This document shows, one piece after another, positions 22,755 through 33,067 of a DNA stretch of 64,000 bases. Under the pieces are notes generated by a model that saw only the letters and a program-made list of their open reading frames with translations, was not told the origin of the DNA and did no database searches. Source of the stretch: Waterburya sp. (GTDB taxonomy: Bacteria > Cyanobacteriota > Cyanobacteriia > Cyanobacteriales > Xenococcaceae); NCBI GenBank assembly GCA_965217895.1, contig CBDCJV010000002.1:2976001-3040000 (forward strand), read 5' to 3'. The position numbers and the translations under genes are program-made. The stretch's first letter is position 1, and every line of letters begins with the position of its first letter.

Positions 22755-24155
22755 CTACAGTTCTCGCACATCAGCTACCTGACCTTTGACCGCTGCTGCT
22801 ACAACCATTGCTGGACTCATGAGTAATGTTCTGCCTGTAGATGAACCCTGGCGACCTTTGAAGTTGCGGTTAGAAGAAGAAGCACTAATTTGCGTCCCTT
22901 CTAGTTTGTCTGGATTCATTGCCAAACACATTGAACAGCCTGGTTCACGCCATTCAAACCCCGCTTGCTCAAAAATTTTATTTAAGCCTTCTGCTTCTGC
23001 CTCTTGTTTTACTCGTTCTGAACCAGGAACAACAAAAGCTTTGACTCCCGATGCTACATGGTGTCCCTGGGCAACTTTGGCAGCTTCTCTTAGATCGCTA
23101 ATTCTGCCATTGGTGCAGCTACCAATAAAACAAACATCAATTTTTGTACCTTTAATCGGCTTTCCTGGAGTTAATTTCATATAGCTATATGCCTCTTGGG
23201 CGAGCGCGCGCTCGCCTTGAGGTAAACCATCAGCCGTGGGGATATTTTCACTAATACTCAATCCCTGTCCTGGAGTAATGCCCCAAGTTATGGTTGGTTC
23301 GATCTCGGCAGCTTCAAAGGTAACTACATTATCATAAACTGCATCATCATCGCTATGAATACTCCGCCACCAAGCAACCGCTTTGTCCCATGCTTCTGCT
23401 TGAGGCGCAAAATCTCGACCTTTGAGATAGGTAAAAGTAGTCTCATCAGGATTTATATATCCGCAACGCGCCCCACCTTCGATAGACATATTACAAACAG
23501 TCATTCGTTCTTCCATACTCATACATTCAAAGGTAGTGCCTGCAAATTCGTAGGCATAACCTACCCCACCTTTTACTCCAAGTTGGCGAATGACATAAAG
23601 AATCACGTCTTTAGCGAATACCCCATGAGGTAACTTGCCGTTTATCTCAATTTTGCGTACTTTTAGTTTGGCTAGGGCAAGGGTTTGGGAAGCTAAGACA
23701 TCCCTGACTTGAGAAGTGCCAATGCCAAAAGCGATCGCGCCAAACGCGCCATGAGTCGAAGTATGAGAATCACCACAGGCAACGGTCATTCCTGGTTGAG
23801 TCAGACCTTGTTCGGGGGCTATTACGTGGACTATGCCCTGATTACCCGAACCAATATTATAAAATTTAATGCCATAGTCATTAGTATTTTTTTCTAATGC
23901 CTGCATCATTTCTTCTGCTAAGCGATCGGCAAAAGGACGAGCCTGGTTTTCCGTCGGCACAATATGATCGACTGTGGCAACTGTCCTCTCAGGAAACAAT
24001 ACTTTGAGATTTCTGGCTCGCAGCATCGCAAAAGCTTGAGGGCTGGTTACTTCGTGAATTAAATGTAAACCAATAAATAGCTGAGTTTGACCAGAAGGTA
24101 ATGTGCCAACGGTATGTAAATCCCAAACTTTATCAAATAGTGTTCCCTGACTCAT
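22755..24155 (-). CDS. leuC: 3-isopropylmalate dehydratase large subunit
   Basis: [44 protein letters not shown]. Confidence 0.98.
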   Translation of the reverse strand: MSQGTLFDKVWDLHTVGTLPSGQTQLFIGLHLIHEVTSPQAFAMLRARNLKVLFPERTVATVDHIVPTENQARPFADRLAEEMMQALEKNTNDYGIKFYNIGSGNQGIVHVIAPEQGLTQPGMTVACGDSHTSTHGAFGAIAFGIGTSQVRDVLASQTLALAKLKVRKIEINGKLPHGVFAKDVILYVIRQLGVKGGVGYAYEFAGTTFECMSMEERMTVCNMSIEGGARCGYINPDETTFTYLKGRDFAPQAEAWDKAVAWWRSIHSDDDAVYDNVVTFEAAEIEPTITWGITPGQGLSISENIPTADGLPQGERALAQEAYSYMKLTPGKPIKGTKIDVCFIGSCTNGRISDLREAAKVAQGHHVASGVKAFVVPGSERVKQEAEAEGLNKIFEQAGFEWREPGCSMCLAMNPDKLEGTQISASSSNRNFKGRQGSSTGRTLLMSPAMVVAAAVKGQVADVREL

Positions 24156-24294
24156 ATAACCAATTGCTGCTGACAGTTTGTTTAAAGTATCTGTAGTTTA
24201 TTTTACATTTTTTGTCTTAAGCAAAGCATAAGTTTTGAATTTTCTTAGATCGAGTTTGTATAATGGCTGAAAAGAAAATTTCCAACGGACATCT

Positions 24295-24324
24295 CACGCT
24301 TGTCGGGAAACCCGACAAGGCGTG
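24295..24324. repeat. GC-rich hairpin with GAAA loop
   Basis: cacgcttgtcgg-gaaa-cccgacaaggcgtg. Confidence 0.6.
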
Positions 24325-24409
24325 TCTTCTTCCTAAGTATGACCTCCAGTAAAAAGATGCCGATTTTGTTGTTGCTCAGTCTAATATTTTGGGCGATCGC
24401 TGATAACCG

Positions 24410-25471
24410 CTAGGCATGAGTTAATAATTGATCTGCTTGTTTAGCTGTTTCAAAGAAATGACGCACATTGTCTTCAGGGGTGCCAACTAGTACACCATGT
24501 CCCAAATTAAGAATGTGTCCTTGGTTGCCTGCTTTACGGATAGTGTCTAAAATGCGATCGCGAATCACATCATGAGAGCCAAATAGCACTCCAGGGTCAA
24601 TATTGCCCTGCACCTTCATATCTTTGCCTAGTCTTTGTCTAGCTTCTGCCATATCTACTGTCCAGTCAACGCTAATAATATCTGCACCAGAATTAGTCAT
24701 GCGTTCTAATAAACCAGCACTACCGCTAACTAAAAGAATCAATGGAGTGTCAGGATGAGTTTCTTTTACCTTACGAAATACCTGCTGCTGGTAAGGTAAA
24801 GCAAAAGTTTCATAGTCTTGAGGACATAGTTGACCAGCCCAAGAGTCAAACATTTGAACTGCCTGCGCGCCACAGTCAATTTGATAGCAGATATAAGTGG
24901 CGATCGCATCTGCTAGCTTGCTCAATAACTGATGCAAAATAGTCGGATCGCAAAAGGCCATCTTTTTAATGTTGGCATAGGTTTTAGAACCTTTTCCTTC
25001 TACGGTATAGGCAGCCAGCGTCCAGGGCGCACCGACAAAGCCCAGCACAGTGGACTTGTTACCTACTTCAGCACGCAAACTTTCTAGGATAGTCTTGATG
25101 AAAGGTAGAGACTCTTCTGGCTGTAAAGGATGGAGTGCATCTACCTGTTTCTGACTACGAATAGGAGAACTAATAATTGGGCCTTTGCCTTCGGCGATAT
25201 CCATATCGATCCCTAAGCCTGGCAAGGGAGTAACAATATCGGAAAACATAATTACCCCATCAGGCTGAAAAGCTTTCCAAGGTTGTAAAGAAATTTCAAT
25301 AGCTACTTCGGGAATCTCTGAGCGATCGCGAAAGCTGGGATACTTTTCTCTAATATCCCGATATGCTTTCATATATCTACCCGCCTGGCGCATCATCCAT
25401 ACAGGGGGACGTTCTAATACTTCGCCACGGGCTGCCCTTAACAATAATGGCGTTTCATTTACTTCGCTCAT
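24410..25471 (-). CDS. hemE: Uroporphyrinogen decarboxylase
   Basis: [33 protein letters not shown]. Confidence 0.98.
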   Translation of the reverse strand: MSEVNETPLLLRAARGEVLERPPVWMMRQAGRYMKAYRDIREKYPSFRDRSEIPEVAIEISLQPWKAFQPDGVIMFSDIVTPLPGLGIDMDIAEGKGPIISSPIRSQKQVDALHPLQPEESLPFIKTILESLRAEVGNKSTVLGFVGAPWTLAAYTVEGKGSKTYANIKKMAFCDPTILHQLLSKLADAIATYICYQIDCGAQAVQMFDSWAGQLCPQDYETFALPYQQQVFRKVKETHPDTPLILLVSGSAGLLERMTNSGADIISVDWTVDMAEARQRLGKDMKVQGNIDPGVLFGSHDVIRDRILDTIRKAGNQGHILNLGHGVLVGTPEDNVRHFFETAKQADQLLTHA

Positions 25472-25622
25472 TTGATAAATTCTCTCTAACTGTCAGTTAC
25501 TAAAATTTCTTTGACTAGATCGTAGAATAACATTGGAGCTACCTTGAAGAATATACCAGCTAAACTATACTTTACCTTTATAGCAATAACAATTGTGCTT
25601 AGAACAATATGAATTATGAATT

Positions 25623-25650
25623 GCAGGGGCGAATCGCGATTCGCCCCGAC
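25623..25650. repeat. Small palindromic repeat (same family as the alaS inserts)
   Basis: gcaggggcgaatcgcgattcgccccgac. Confidence 0.7.
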
Positions 25651-25660
25651 ACAAATCTAT

Positions 25661-26140
25661 TTATGACATCATGCGGTCTAAAATCTTCTGGACAATCTGC
25701 ATTCCGCTAATTGCTTGCCAACCAAATAATCCCAATAGCAGAATATTAAGCGAAACATGGGTATTGCGAGCCAGACTATTGCCTTTTTGCATATAAGGAA
25801 CTAGTGATGCAGAAACAGCAATCAAGCCAGTCATACCTAATCCAGCTAAAAGATGAGGACCAACAAACAGTTTGCCATTATTGATATAGGTGACTGCCAT
25901 AGCACCTAAACTACCTAAAATCATGAAAGCCAGAAGAATTGACCCCATTCTGTGGTGTCTTTGACCAAAGTTTTTCTTAACTAATTCTTTCCTGGTTTCT
26001 TTGTCAGCACTACGAATTTTAGAACTTTGAACTCCCAAATATAAAGCGTAAACACTAATACCCAACAACACCCACATTAGTATAGGATGACCGAACTGCG
26101 ACCAGGTTTTAATCCCATCTGGAATAGCTTCTAATGCCAT
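25661..26140 (-). CDS. DUF4079 membrane protein
   Basis: HPILMW...RHHRMGS...GPHLLAG...HVSLN; four TM helices with conserved His residues. Confidence 0.85.
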   Translation of the reverse strand: MALEAIPDGIKTWSQFGHPILMWVLLGISVYALYLGVQSSKIRSADKETRKELVKKNFGQRHHRMGSILLAFMILGSLGAMAVTYINNGKLFVGPHLLAGLGMTGLIAVSASLVPYMQKGNSLARNTHVSLNILLLGLFGWQAISGMQIVQKILDRMMS

Positions 26141-26539
26141 TGTATTCTCCTTTCTAACTTAAATAAACTTCAATTTTAATAAAATTCAATTTAACATACT
26201 GTAACTTTATAAAGCTATTGACGGTTGAGGTCATTTGGATGAGTTTGCTCAAGTTATAAAATGCTTGTTACAAGGCATGAGAGATTAACCCTATTCATGT
26301 CAGTTTCCGAGAATTAAACTATAACAGAAAAGGTTTTTGGTGGCTGTGAGGTAGATAGGGTAATCGATTTATTGTTACCATGAATCAATTCTATTTGTAT
26401 TTTCCTGATGGCTAAATCTTTTTTCTACTACTCTTTAAATTCGGAGAGTGACAAAAGAAAAATATTATGAGTAAAAATTTCAGGTAAATACTTTTTATCT
26501 TGTGACTAATGAGCTACTATGTATCTTAATAGTTCACTA

Positions 26540-26613
26540 GTCAGAGTAGCTCAGTTGGTTAGAGCATCGGACTCATAAGCCGAGGGTCGGGAGTTCAAGT
26601 CTCCCCTCTGACA
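26540..26613 (+). tRNA. trnM: tRNA with CAT anticodon (elongator Met type)
   Basis: GTCAGAG/CTCTGAC acceptor, D arm GCTC-AGTTGGTTA-GAGC, anticodon loop CTCATAA, T loop TTCAAGT. Confidence 0.85.
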
Positions 26614-26944
26614 CTTTAATAATCACGCTGGATTCAGCCATGAAAGGGATTTGATTATTCAAACTTTTGAGAGCGATCTCATGAACAAACTGGTTTTCTT
26701 TGCCGTAAATTTCTAGTTCTGCCCGATACGCTTCAGGTAGTATTGGTTCAGTCGTAGCAATGCCTTTTTTCTGGGCAGCGTTTTGACGACGTTTGGCGTT
26801 GACCTTTCCAGGATTTCTCAGACGATTCCGTTTGAGCCGACAGTTGTGACCGACGTAACATTCAGGGTGCTTTTCTTGAGCCTCATCTTCTGTGCGGTAG
26901 TTTTTGGCACAGTAAAGGCAGGTTGGATTAGCTTTTCTACCCAT
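26573..26944 (-). pseudogene. Cys-rich hypothetical protein, probably truncated and running into the tRNA
   Basis: MGRKANPTCLYC...HPECYVGHNC; the last ~35 codons look non-coding and overlap tRNA-Met antisense. Confidence 0.5.
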
Positions 26945-26954
26945 AGACTAACAA

Positions 26955-27281
26955 CTAATCGTTTTCGTTTATTGTACTATTGCTCGCTGCTTGAACAAGC
27001 TCCTGTACTTTCTCGACCCCAATGTAGTCAATCAGCTCAGCTAAATTATCATCGTTTAGCATACTTTGAGAAAGAATACCAGAGCGCCAAAAGCCTAAGT
27101 TATCCCAAACATCCCCGTCCAAATTTTCGGCATTGATGTTCATATATTGCTTAACTTCTTGAGCCAAAGCGAGCGCGAGATTAAACCGATCATTAGATTG
27201 AAACGACTGGACTCTATCCATATTTTTACTGATAAATATTTGAATTAACTTTATTGATTGACCAACGGTCACAGCAGGCAA
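26955..27281 (-). CDS. Hypothetical protein
   Basis: 108 aa ORF (alternative start MDRVQ), co-oriented with its neighbours. Confidence 0.5.
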   Translation of the reverse strand: MPAVTVGQSIKLIQIFISKNMDRVQSFQSNDRFNLALALAQEVKQYMNINAENLDGDVWDNLGFWRSGILSQSMLNDDNLAELIDYIGVEKVQELVQAASNSTINEND

Positions 27282-27318
27282 TTCTTCAGTGCGATAGTTC
27301 TTGTAGTTATGTCTAAAC

Positions 27319-27663
27319 TTACTTCAAAGATAAAACTATTTTCAAAGCAACGTCTATCTTTGCCAAATCCTCTGCACTTAAACTGCCCCACTTGTGCGAG
27401 AGACGAGATTTGGAGATCGCCCGAATTTGTTCGCACTTTACAATGCTATCTATACTCAAGCCATTGCTTCTAGTTGCTTTGACTAAATGATGACTGGGAT
27501 AGATTTTTTTTCTAGGAGTAAATTTGGTAATAGGCACAATAACTACCACAGGAGAGCTGCGATTGAGGCCATCTCGACTAACAATAACTGTAGGGCGCGA
27601 TCCTGCTTGTTCAGAGTCTTTTGTTATATCTAACTCAGCTTGATAAATATCTCCTCTAATCAT
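27319..27663 (-). CDS. PemK/MazF-family endoribonuclease toxin
   Basis: RGDIY...SEQAGSRPTVIVS...VVIVPIT...CEQIRAISKSRL. Confidence 0.92.
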   Translation of the reverse strand: MIRGDIYQAELDITKDSEQAGSRPTVIVSRDGLNRSSPVVVIVPITKFTPRKKIYPSHHLVKATRSNGLSIDSIVKCEQIRAISKSRLSHKWGSLSAEDLAKIDVALKIVLSLK

Positions 27664-27910
27664 CGTTTGAGGTTGCCACCTCTAAGTCGCTCTTGGCAAA
27701 CTCTGACTCAATAGCTAACGTCTCGGCTATATAATCCGAATCACCTGCCATCATCGCAAACTCATCATCGATTTGAGCCTCTTTTTTAAGCTCAACCCAA
27801 TTTGCGATCGCTTCAACTATAAGCTGATTACGGGTAGTAATTCCTGGGCTACCAACTAAAGCGTCAGCTTCTGCTGCCAGATCGTCTGGAATAGTAATAG
27901 TAGTACGCAT
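27656..27910 (-). CDS. Ribbon-helix-helix (CopG-like) antitoxin
   Basis: MRTTITIPDDL...TRNQLIVEAI, acidic C-terminus; overlaps the toxin start. Start ATG at 27910. Confidence 0.85.
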   Translation of the reverse strand: MRTTITIPDDLAAEADALVGSPGITTRNQLIVEAIANWVELKKEAQIDDEFAMMAGDSDYIAETLAIESEFAKSDLEVATSNDD

Positions 27911-28039
27911 TGATATAATTATTGATATATATTTCGACATCAATAATCATAGCAAAATAATTCAGGTAGACAAGCGTTTGAATAATAGCGTATCAATTGC
28001 ATATCATTTTATAGTCGAAGCTAGATTATTTCTTCTAAA

Positions 28040-28498
28040 TCAACTAGATTTCCACATTCTTCGATCAAAGCGAAATCTAATCGGCGGTTTTAAATCGACC
28101 TTGAACTGAGGATGTTCTGGATTAAACAGGTAATTAGACTCTACTGGGACTATAGCTGAAGGTACTTTCAATATTGGAGTTCGACAAGATATTAACCAAC
28201 TCTGACCAATTTTTTGCAATTTAGAACAGGAATCTGGATCTTGCCAATTCTTTGGCATATTCTCGATCTTGATTTTTTCTATCTTTAATTCATCAGGAAT
28301 ATTAGCCTTGATAGCTACCAGAGCAACTCGATCGCTTTCCAGGTGAACAAATATTTCTAGTGAAGCCAAAGCCAAACTTTCAGCAGTGTATACAATCTTA
28401 TGCCCTTGAGTATGCCATCTACCAGGAACGTACAATCCACCTATACCAGAGAACGCTGAATCCTGATATTTGGCAGCACATATTCGCCAGACGTGCAT
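28040..28498 (-). CDS. RES-domain toxin (NAD+ phosphorylase family)
   Basis: VWRI...FSGIGG...GRWH...YTAESLALASLE...VPSAIVP...NYLFNP. Confidence 0.9.
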   Translation of the reverse strand: MHVWRICAAKYQDSAFSGIGGLYVPGRWHTQGHKIVYTAESLALASLEIFVHLESDRVALVAIKANIPDELKIEKIKIENMPKNWQDPDSCSKLQKIGQSWLISCRTPILKVPSAIVPVESNYLFNPEHPQFKVDLKPPIRFRFDRRMWKSS

Positions 28499-28864
28499 CT
28501 AGGAAAAAACTCCGTAACTTGCCTGCATCAACATTTGCTCTACTTGCCTACAGCCAGAATTAGTATCTAATAGTTCGAGGGGTATTTTGTTGTTTAGTGC
28601 TTGCTTAGGTGTAGACAGCCATCGCCTAGTTTCTTGTTCGTCTTCAAACAACTCTTGTGCCTGTTCTATTATCTTGATACATCTGCTCCAGCGATCGCCT
28701 ATATTTGGCTTGAGTACAGGATTGTTTTTCTCGTAACGAAATTGCGTACTTTCACTAATTCCTAAGATGTTTCGCACCCATAATCTGTCTATCTGATATT
28801 TATCTGCTATTTGTCTAACCGAGACATACGTTATCCTCTCAATTTTGAGCGAAGATTGAGCCAT
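28499..28864 (-). CDS. Xre/MbcA/ParS-family antitoxin
   Basis: HTH-like LGISEST, WLSTPKQALNNKIPLELL...G.RQVEQML...YGVFS. Confidence 0.88.
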   Translation of the reverse strand: MAQSSLKIERITYVSVRQIADKYQIDRLWVRNILGISESTQFRYEKNNPVLKPNIGDRWSRCIKIIEQAQELFEDEQETRRWLSTPKQALNNKIPLELLDTNSGCRQVEQMLMQASYGVFS

Positions 28865-28889
28865 AGCACTTCACCAAATATTTCGTCAT

Positions 28890-28926
28890 TTGACACTATT
28901 TTACTGTCAATCGAGAGCAAAATCAA
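28890..28926 (-). promoter_or_regulatory. Putative xre-RES promoter with overlapping inverted-repeat operator
   Basis: Minus strand TTGATT-17-TAAAAT; TTGACA-N9-TGTCAA palindrome at 28890-28910. Confidence 0.45.
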
Positions 28927-28928
28927 CT

Positions 28929-29030
28929 CTAGTACCTACCTACCTTAATATCTACCATTACAGGAACAGGATCTAAAATATCCCGCCCTGCTTCAACCAT
29001 AACCCTTTCTAAAACCCCAGCGGCGCGATC
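28929..29030 (-). pseudogene. 3' fragment resembling a family-A DNA polymerase C-terminus
   Basis: DRAAGVLERVMVEAGRDILDPVPVMVDIKVGRY*; begins at the HIP1 site 29025-29032. Confidence 0.5.
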
Positions 29031-29032
29031 GC

Positions 29033-29101
29033 ATAACCTATTATCTTAAACATTGGACTACACTTATTTTTTAATCGATCATCTATTCATTGTGCAACGC
29101 C
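29033..29101 (+). mobile_element. IS1-family right-end remnant
   Basis: ITYYLKHWTTLIF* followed by ctattcattgtgcaacgcc, resembling cyanobacterial IS1 InsB C-termini and right inverted repeats. Confidence 0.5.
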
Positions 29102-29304
29102 CAAAGCAACACTATTGCTCAAAAGAGTAACTACACACATAAGAGCAAGTATAATTGCGGTGAGAACATAAATACTCTAATTATTTAACTGCTTAAATAA
29201 TTAGACAATAAAAAAGACAGATATCTTCCGTATTTTGGTTGTCTCAAAAGACGGAAGATATTTTATACTCCGATCAACAATCCTAAATGAAGCTTTGCAA
29301 GTCA

Positions 29305-29378
29305 TGAGCGAGAAGGGATTTGAACCCCTGACCTTTTGGTTCGTAGCCAAATGCTCTAATCCACTGAGCTACTCGCCC
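29305..29378 (-). tRNA. trnR: tRNA-Arg(ACG)
   Basis: Reverse complement GGGCGAGTAGCTCAGTGGATTAGAGCATTTGGCTACGAACCAAAAGGTCAGGGGTTCAAATCCCTTCTCGCTCA. Confidence 0.93.
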
Positions 29379-29448
29379 TTAGTTAAGTAATCAGTAACTT
29401 ACTGAATAAACCCAACAGCCTCTAATAGTAGCAGAACTATAGATACCA

Positions 29449-29955
29449 ATGCAAGAAAATAATAATTTTGAGTCTTTGTCCCATTTAAACCATCGTGGAG
29501 AGGCTCAAATGGTGGATGTTTCAGCCAAAAAAGCAACTCGCCGTCAAGCCGTAGCCAGAGGCAAAATTAAAATGTCTTTGGCTACGTTGAAAACTATTGA
29601 AGCAGGAAATGCTCCCAAAGGTGATGTCTTGGGTACAGCAAAAATCGCTGGGATTATGGCAGCCAAGCAAACTGCCAATTTGATACCTCTTTGCCATCCT
29701 TTACCTATTCATAAGATTGAAGTAGACATTAGCCCAAATTATGATTTGCCTGGATACGAAATTATGGCTAAGGTAGCTGTCAAAGGTTCAACAGGAGTAG
29801 AAATGGAGGCATTAACTGCTGTGTCTGTCACTGCCCTAACCTTATACGATATGGCAAAAGCACTGGAGAAATCAATGGAGATCTCCCAAATCTCTTTGCT
29901 AAGTAAAACAGGGGGCAAGTCAGGAGACTATTTTGCTGAAGAAAAAAGCCACTAA
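29449..29955 (+). CDS. moaC: Cyclic pyranopterin monophosphate synthase
   Basis: LSHL...[31 protein letters not shown]. Confidence 0.97.
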   Translation: MQENNNFESLSHLNHRGEAQMVDVSAKKATRRQAVARGKIKMSLATLKTIEAGNAPKGDVLGTAKIAGIMAAKQTANLIPLCHPLPIHKIEVDISPNYDLPGYEIMAKVAVKGSTGVEMEALTAVSVTALTLYDMAKALEKSMEISQISLLSKTGGKSGDYFAEEKSH

Positions 29956-30010
29956 ACCGATACAATAAAAGTAATATCAAATAACTATGTTCAATTTAAA
30001 ATAGCAATTT

Positions 30011-30262
30011 ATGCCTCCTCGTTGGCCTCGCAAACCCGATCGCAAAACAGATCCAGAATATCGCCGTTTAGATGATCTCATCAACTTTGCGATTCATGCA
30101 GGAGTTTATTCTGCTGCTAACTCTGGCTTATGGTTTGTGCATATTCTGAAATCTACAGAATGGTCTTGGTTGCTGTGGGTAAACGGTATCTGGTTTGGCA
30201 TCTTAGCATTACACTTTATCTATATTAAGGCGATCGCAGACTACACCACAATTAAAACCTAA
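30011..30262 (+). CDS. 2TM-domain small membrane protein
   Basis: MPPRWPRKPDR...FAIH...NSGLW; two TM segments; typical cyanobacterial conserved protein. Confidence 0.75.
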   Translation: MPPRWPRKPDRKTDPEYRRLDDLINFAIHAGVYSAANSGLWFVHILKSTEWSWLLWVNGIWFGILALHFIYIKAIADYTTIKT

Positions 30263-30561
30263 TGGCTAGCACACAACAAATAGAAACCTTAGCAGCTCAA
30301 ATTGGCGAAAACATTTATATTGATATAGCCAAGTGGCATCTATATTTAAATGATGCTCACCTGCATACCGTTATTGCCGAAAAAGTATATCCTCTTTTGG
30401 AAAAGGACTCTTTGAATGAAGATTCAGTTACCGCCATTTTGCGGGGTATTCCCGTTAAATTAGGCGGAGGAAAAACTGAATTACCTTTAAATGACTTATT
30501 GCCAATGCAGTGCCAAGCTAATCTTTTAGATTTACTAGAAGAGTATCAAAAAGATATGTAA
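30262..30561 (+). CDS. DUF3181 family protein
   Basis: IGENIYIDIAKWHLYL...VKLGGGK..LPL.DLLP. Confidence 0.8.
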   Translation: MASTQQIETLAAQIGENIYIDIAKWHLYLNDAHLHTVIAEKVYPLLEKDSLNEDSVTAILRGIPVKLGGGKTELPLNDLLPMQCQANLLDLLEEYQKDM

Positions 30562-30597
30562 AATATGTTCTACATATCTAGATCATATTTTTCCAGC

Positions 30598-32403
30598 TTA
30601 TGTAATTAATTGTTTATCTCTCCTAGAGCCAGTTTGTACCCGCCAAAGATTAGTATACACGCCCTCTTTAGCTAACAGTTCTTCGTGGGTCCCCTGTTCG
30701 ATCAGTTGACCATATTCCATTACATAAATACAGTCAGAATGTCTGATAGTAGACAGGCGATGGGCGATCGCAATTGTAGTTCTATTTTGAGTAATTTTTT
30801 CTAGGGAACGAGCGATCGCAGCTTCTGTTTCGTTGTCTACTGCCGAAGTTGCCTCGTCTAAAATCAAGATTGGTGGATCTTTCAAGATGGCTCTGGCGAT
30901 CGCAATTCTTTGCTTTTGTCCTCCAGAAAGTTTTTGTCCCCTTTCTCCTACAACGGTGTCATATCCTTGGGGCAACTCTTGAATAAAGTTATCTGCTTCG
31001 GCAATTTTAGCTGCTTCAACAATTTGATTTATGCTGGCATCAAGAGAGCCATAGCTGATGTTTTCTCTGACAGTACCGTGAAACAAAAATACATCCTGGC
31101 TAACCAAACCAATTGCGCGACGAAGATCCCACAGCACTACGTCTTTGATATCTCGACCATCTAAAGTAATATTGCCTGAGCGTATTTCATAGAGTCGCAA
31201 CAGCAATTTAACTAGGGTACTTTTACCCGAACCCGTCGCACCAACTATGGCAATAGTTTGACCTGCGGGGATCTCAAGAGAAAGATTTTCAATTACGGGC
31301 TGTCTTTGATTATAGGCAAAGGTAATATTGTTTATGCTTACCTCTCCTTTTATGGTTGACAGTGGCAAAGCAATATCTCCCGAATGAATGGCAATAGGCG
31401 TATCCAATAAATCCATGACGCGAGTAATAGATGCCATTGCTCTTTGATAGAGGTCAAAGGTTTGTCCTAGACGAGTCAAGGGCCATAATAATCTCTGAGT
31501 CAAAAACACAAGTACGCTATATGTACCCACTGCCAATGTTCCAGATGCAGCTTGAAGACCACCATAAAGCAAAATTGCTGTAAAGCCAGCTAAAATTACC
31601 AGACGAATCAAAGGAATAAAGGCTGCGGATAAAAGAATAGCCTTTTGATTGCTTTTTCTGTAGGCATTGCTGTCTTGTCTCAAACGATCTATCTCATAAG
31701 CTTCTGTGGTAAAGCTTTTAATGGTCGTAATGCCACTAAGATTATTAGATAATCGGGAGTTGAGTAAGCTTACCTTTTCTCGTACTTCAGCATATCTGGG
31801 TGCTAACCATTTTTGAAATGCCACTGAACCCCAGATAATTAGCGGAATAGGAACGATTGCCATCCAAGCAATGTCGGGAGTTAAAACAAAAAATGAACCA
31901 CCAATAACTAGTGCTGTAGTAATTACTTGAATAATTTCATTAGCACCAACGTCCAAGAATCTTTCTAGCTGATTGATGTCATCATTGAGAACAGATAATA
32001 ACGCTCCCGTGCTGTTTTCTTCAAAGTAAGCCAATTCTAAGTCTTGAACATGACTATAGGCATCTAAACGTATGTCATGTTGAACATCCTGTGCCAGATT
32101 ACGCCATAGTCTTGTATAAGCATATTCAAATACAGATTCTAAGCCCCAGACAATTGCCGATAGTAAAGACAATACTACAAGCTGGGTAAAAATATCAGTG
32201 ATACCAAAGCGAGCTACAATTGAGTCTTGCTTTTTTACTACGACATCCACCGCAGCCCCAATGATGGCAGGAGGAGCAAGATCGAAAAGTTTATTGAGGA
32301 TAGAACAGATTACAGCTTGCCAAATAATAGCTTTGTATTTATCTCCATAGCGCAGCAATCGAGATAGTGGATGATTCGGCGGTTTAGCTTTATTACGGGG
32401 CAT
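30598..32403 (-). CDS. ABC transporter, fused permease/ATP-binding (exporter type)
   Basis: N-terminal TM domain, [32 protein letters not shown]. Likely start 32403; the ORF extends to 32424. Confidence 0.92.
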   Translation of the reverse strand: MPRNKAKPPNHPLSRLLRYGDKYKAIIWQAVICSILNKLFDLAPPAIIGAAVDVVVKKQDSIVARFGITDIFTQLVVLSLLSAIVWGLESVFEYAYTRLWRNLAQDVQHDIRLDAYSHVQDLELAYFEENSTGALLSVLNDDINQLERFLDVGANEIIQVITTALVIGGSFFVLTPDIAWMAIVPIPLIIWGSVAFQKWLAPRYAEVREKVSLLNSRLSNNLSGITTIKSFTTEAYEIDRLRQDSNAYRKSNQKAILLSAAFIPLIRLVILAGFTAILLYGGLQAASGTLAVGTYSVLVFLTQRLLWPLTRLGQTFDLYQRAMASITRVMDLLDTPIAIHSGDIALPLSTIKGEVSINNITFAYNQRQPVIENLSLEIPAGQTIAIVGATGSGKSTLVKLLLRLYEIRSGNITLDGRDIKDVVLWDLRRAIGLVSQDVFLFHGTVRENISYGSLDASINQIVEAAKIAEADNFIQELPQGYDTVVGERGQKLSGGQKQRIAIARAILKDPPILILDEATSAVDNETEAAIARSLEKITQNRTTIAIAHRLSTIRHSDCIYVMEYGQLIEQGTHEELLAKEGVYTNLWRVQTGSRRDKQLIT

Positions 32404-32596
32404 ATTTAATCTGTAGTGTTTCACTTATGATTGAAAATTTAACAGATTTTAGTAACTCTTGGTAAATTATCAAATGACCTTATGCAGCACAATGAGAAAT
32501 AAATGATTCCAATGAGCTATGTATCGCAGTACGTCAATCGGTTAAGACAGAAAAATCAACTGCTCGTAAGTAGCCAAGAGGTATCCCTCGCAGGGA

Positions 32597-32618
32597 GTAA
32601 TAAGTAATAGGTAATAAG
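32597..32618. repeat. Heptamer tandem array GTAATA(A/G) x3
   Basis: gtaataa gtaatag gtaataa g. Confidence 0.6.
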
Positions 32619-32736
32619 TATAGTCATTCCAAATAGAAACCATACGAAAAAATCAAACTGTGATCAGTGTCACAAACCCTCCTGAGTTTTGACTTAGAAC
32701 TAGTGAATCAGAAGGAAATTAATTGAAATGACTATA
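32619..32736. mobile_element. MITE (TATAGTCATT end family)
   Basis: tatagtcattccaaat ... aattgaaatgactata; related ends at 8593-8616, 48110-48250 and 63438-63554. Confidence 0.75.
32659..32674. promoter_or_regulatory. Consensus CRP-type binding site inside the MITE
   Basis: TGTGA-tcagtg-TCACA. Confidence 0.5.
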
Positions 32737-32852
32737 ATAAACGTCAGTTCGGTTTAAGCAGAAGCAGACAAAACAAAGAGATCGATAGCAATATAAGGCT
32801 TCTTAGGAAAATGACAATAAGCAATTAATCCTGCAAATAAATTAGCGACAAA

Positions 32853-33030
32853 AAATGTCCAGAGTGCAAATCAACAAAAATAGTAAAAAATGGTCGGCGA
32901 CGGGATAAACAAAATTATCTTTGTCGTAACTGTAACCGCCAGTTCATTGATACTTATAATTTGAGAGGTTATTCAAATGAAATAAAAGACCATTGTTTAA
33001 CCCTGTACTACTAACGGGATGGGATTTAGA
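32853..33030 (+). pseudogene. IS1-family transposase N-terminal (InsA-like) fragment
   Basis: KCPECKSTKIVKNGRRRDKQNYLCRNCNRQFIDTYNLRGYSNEIKDHCLTLY, frameshift, NGMGFR; ends just before the tRNA-Val 3' end. Confidence 0.8.
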
Positions 33031-33067
33031 ATGCTACATTGCAAGAATACCGAGGCTTTGCGAAGTA

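Noticed and set aside
26614..29304. CAST/Tn7 transposon or intact integrative element at the tRNAs
   Set aside because: No TGT...ACA ends with TnsB repeats, no integrase, and no duplicated tRNA 3' end found.
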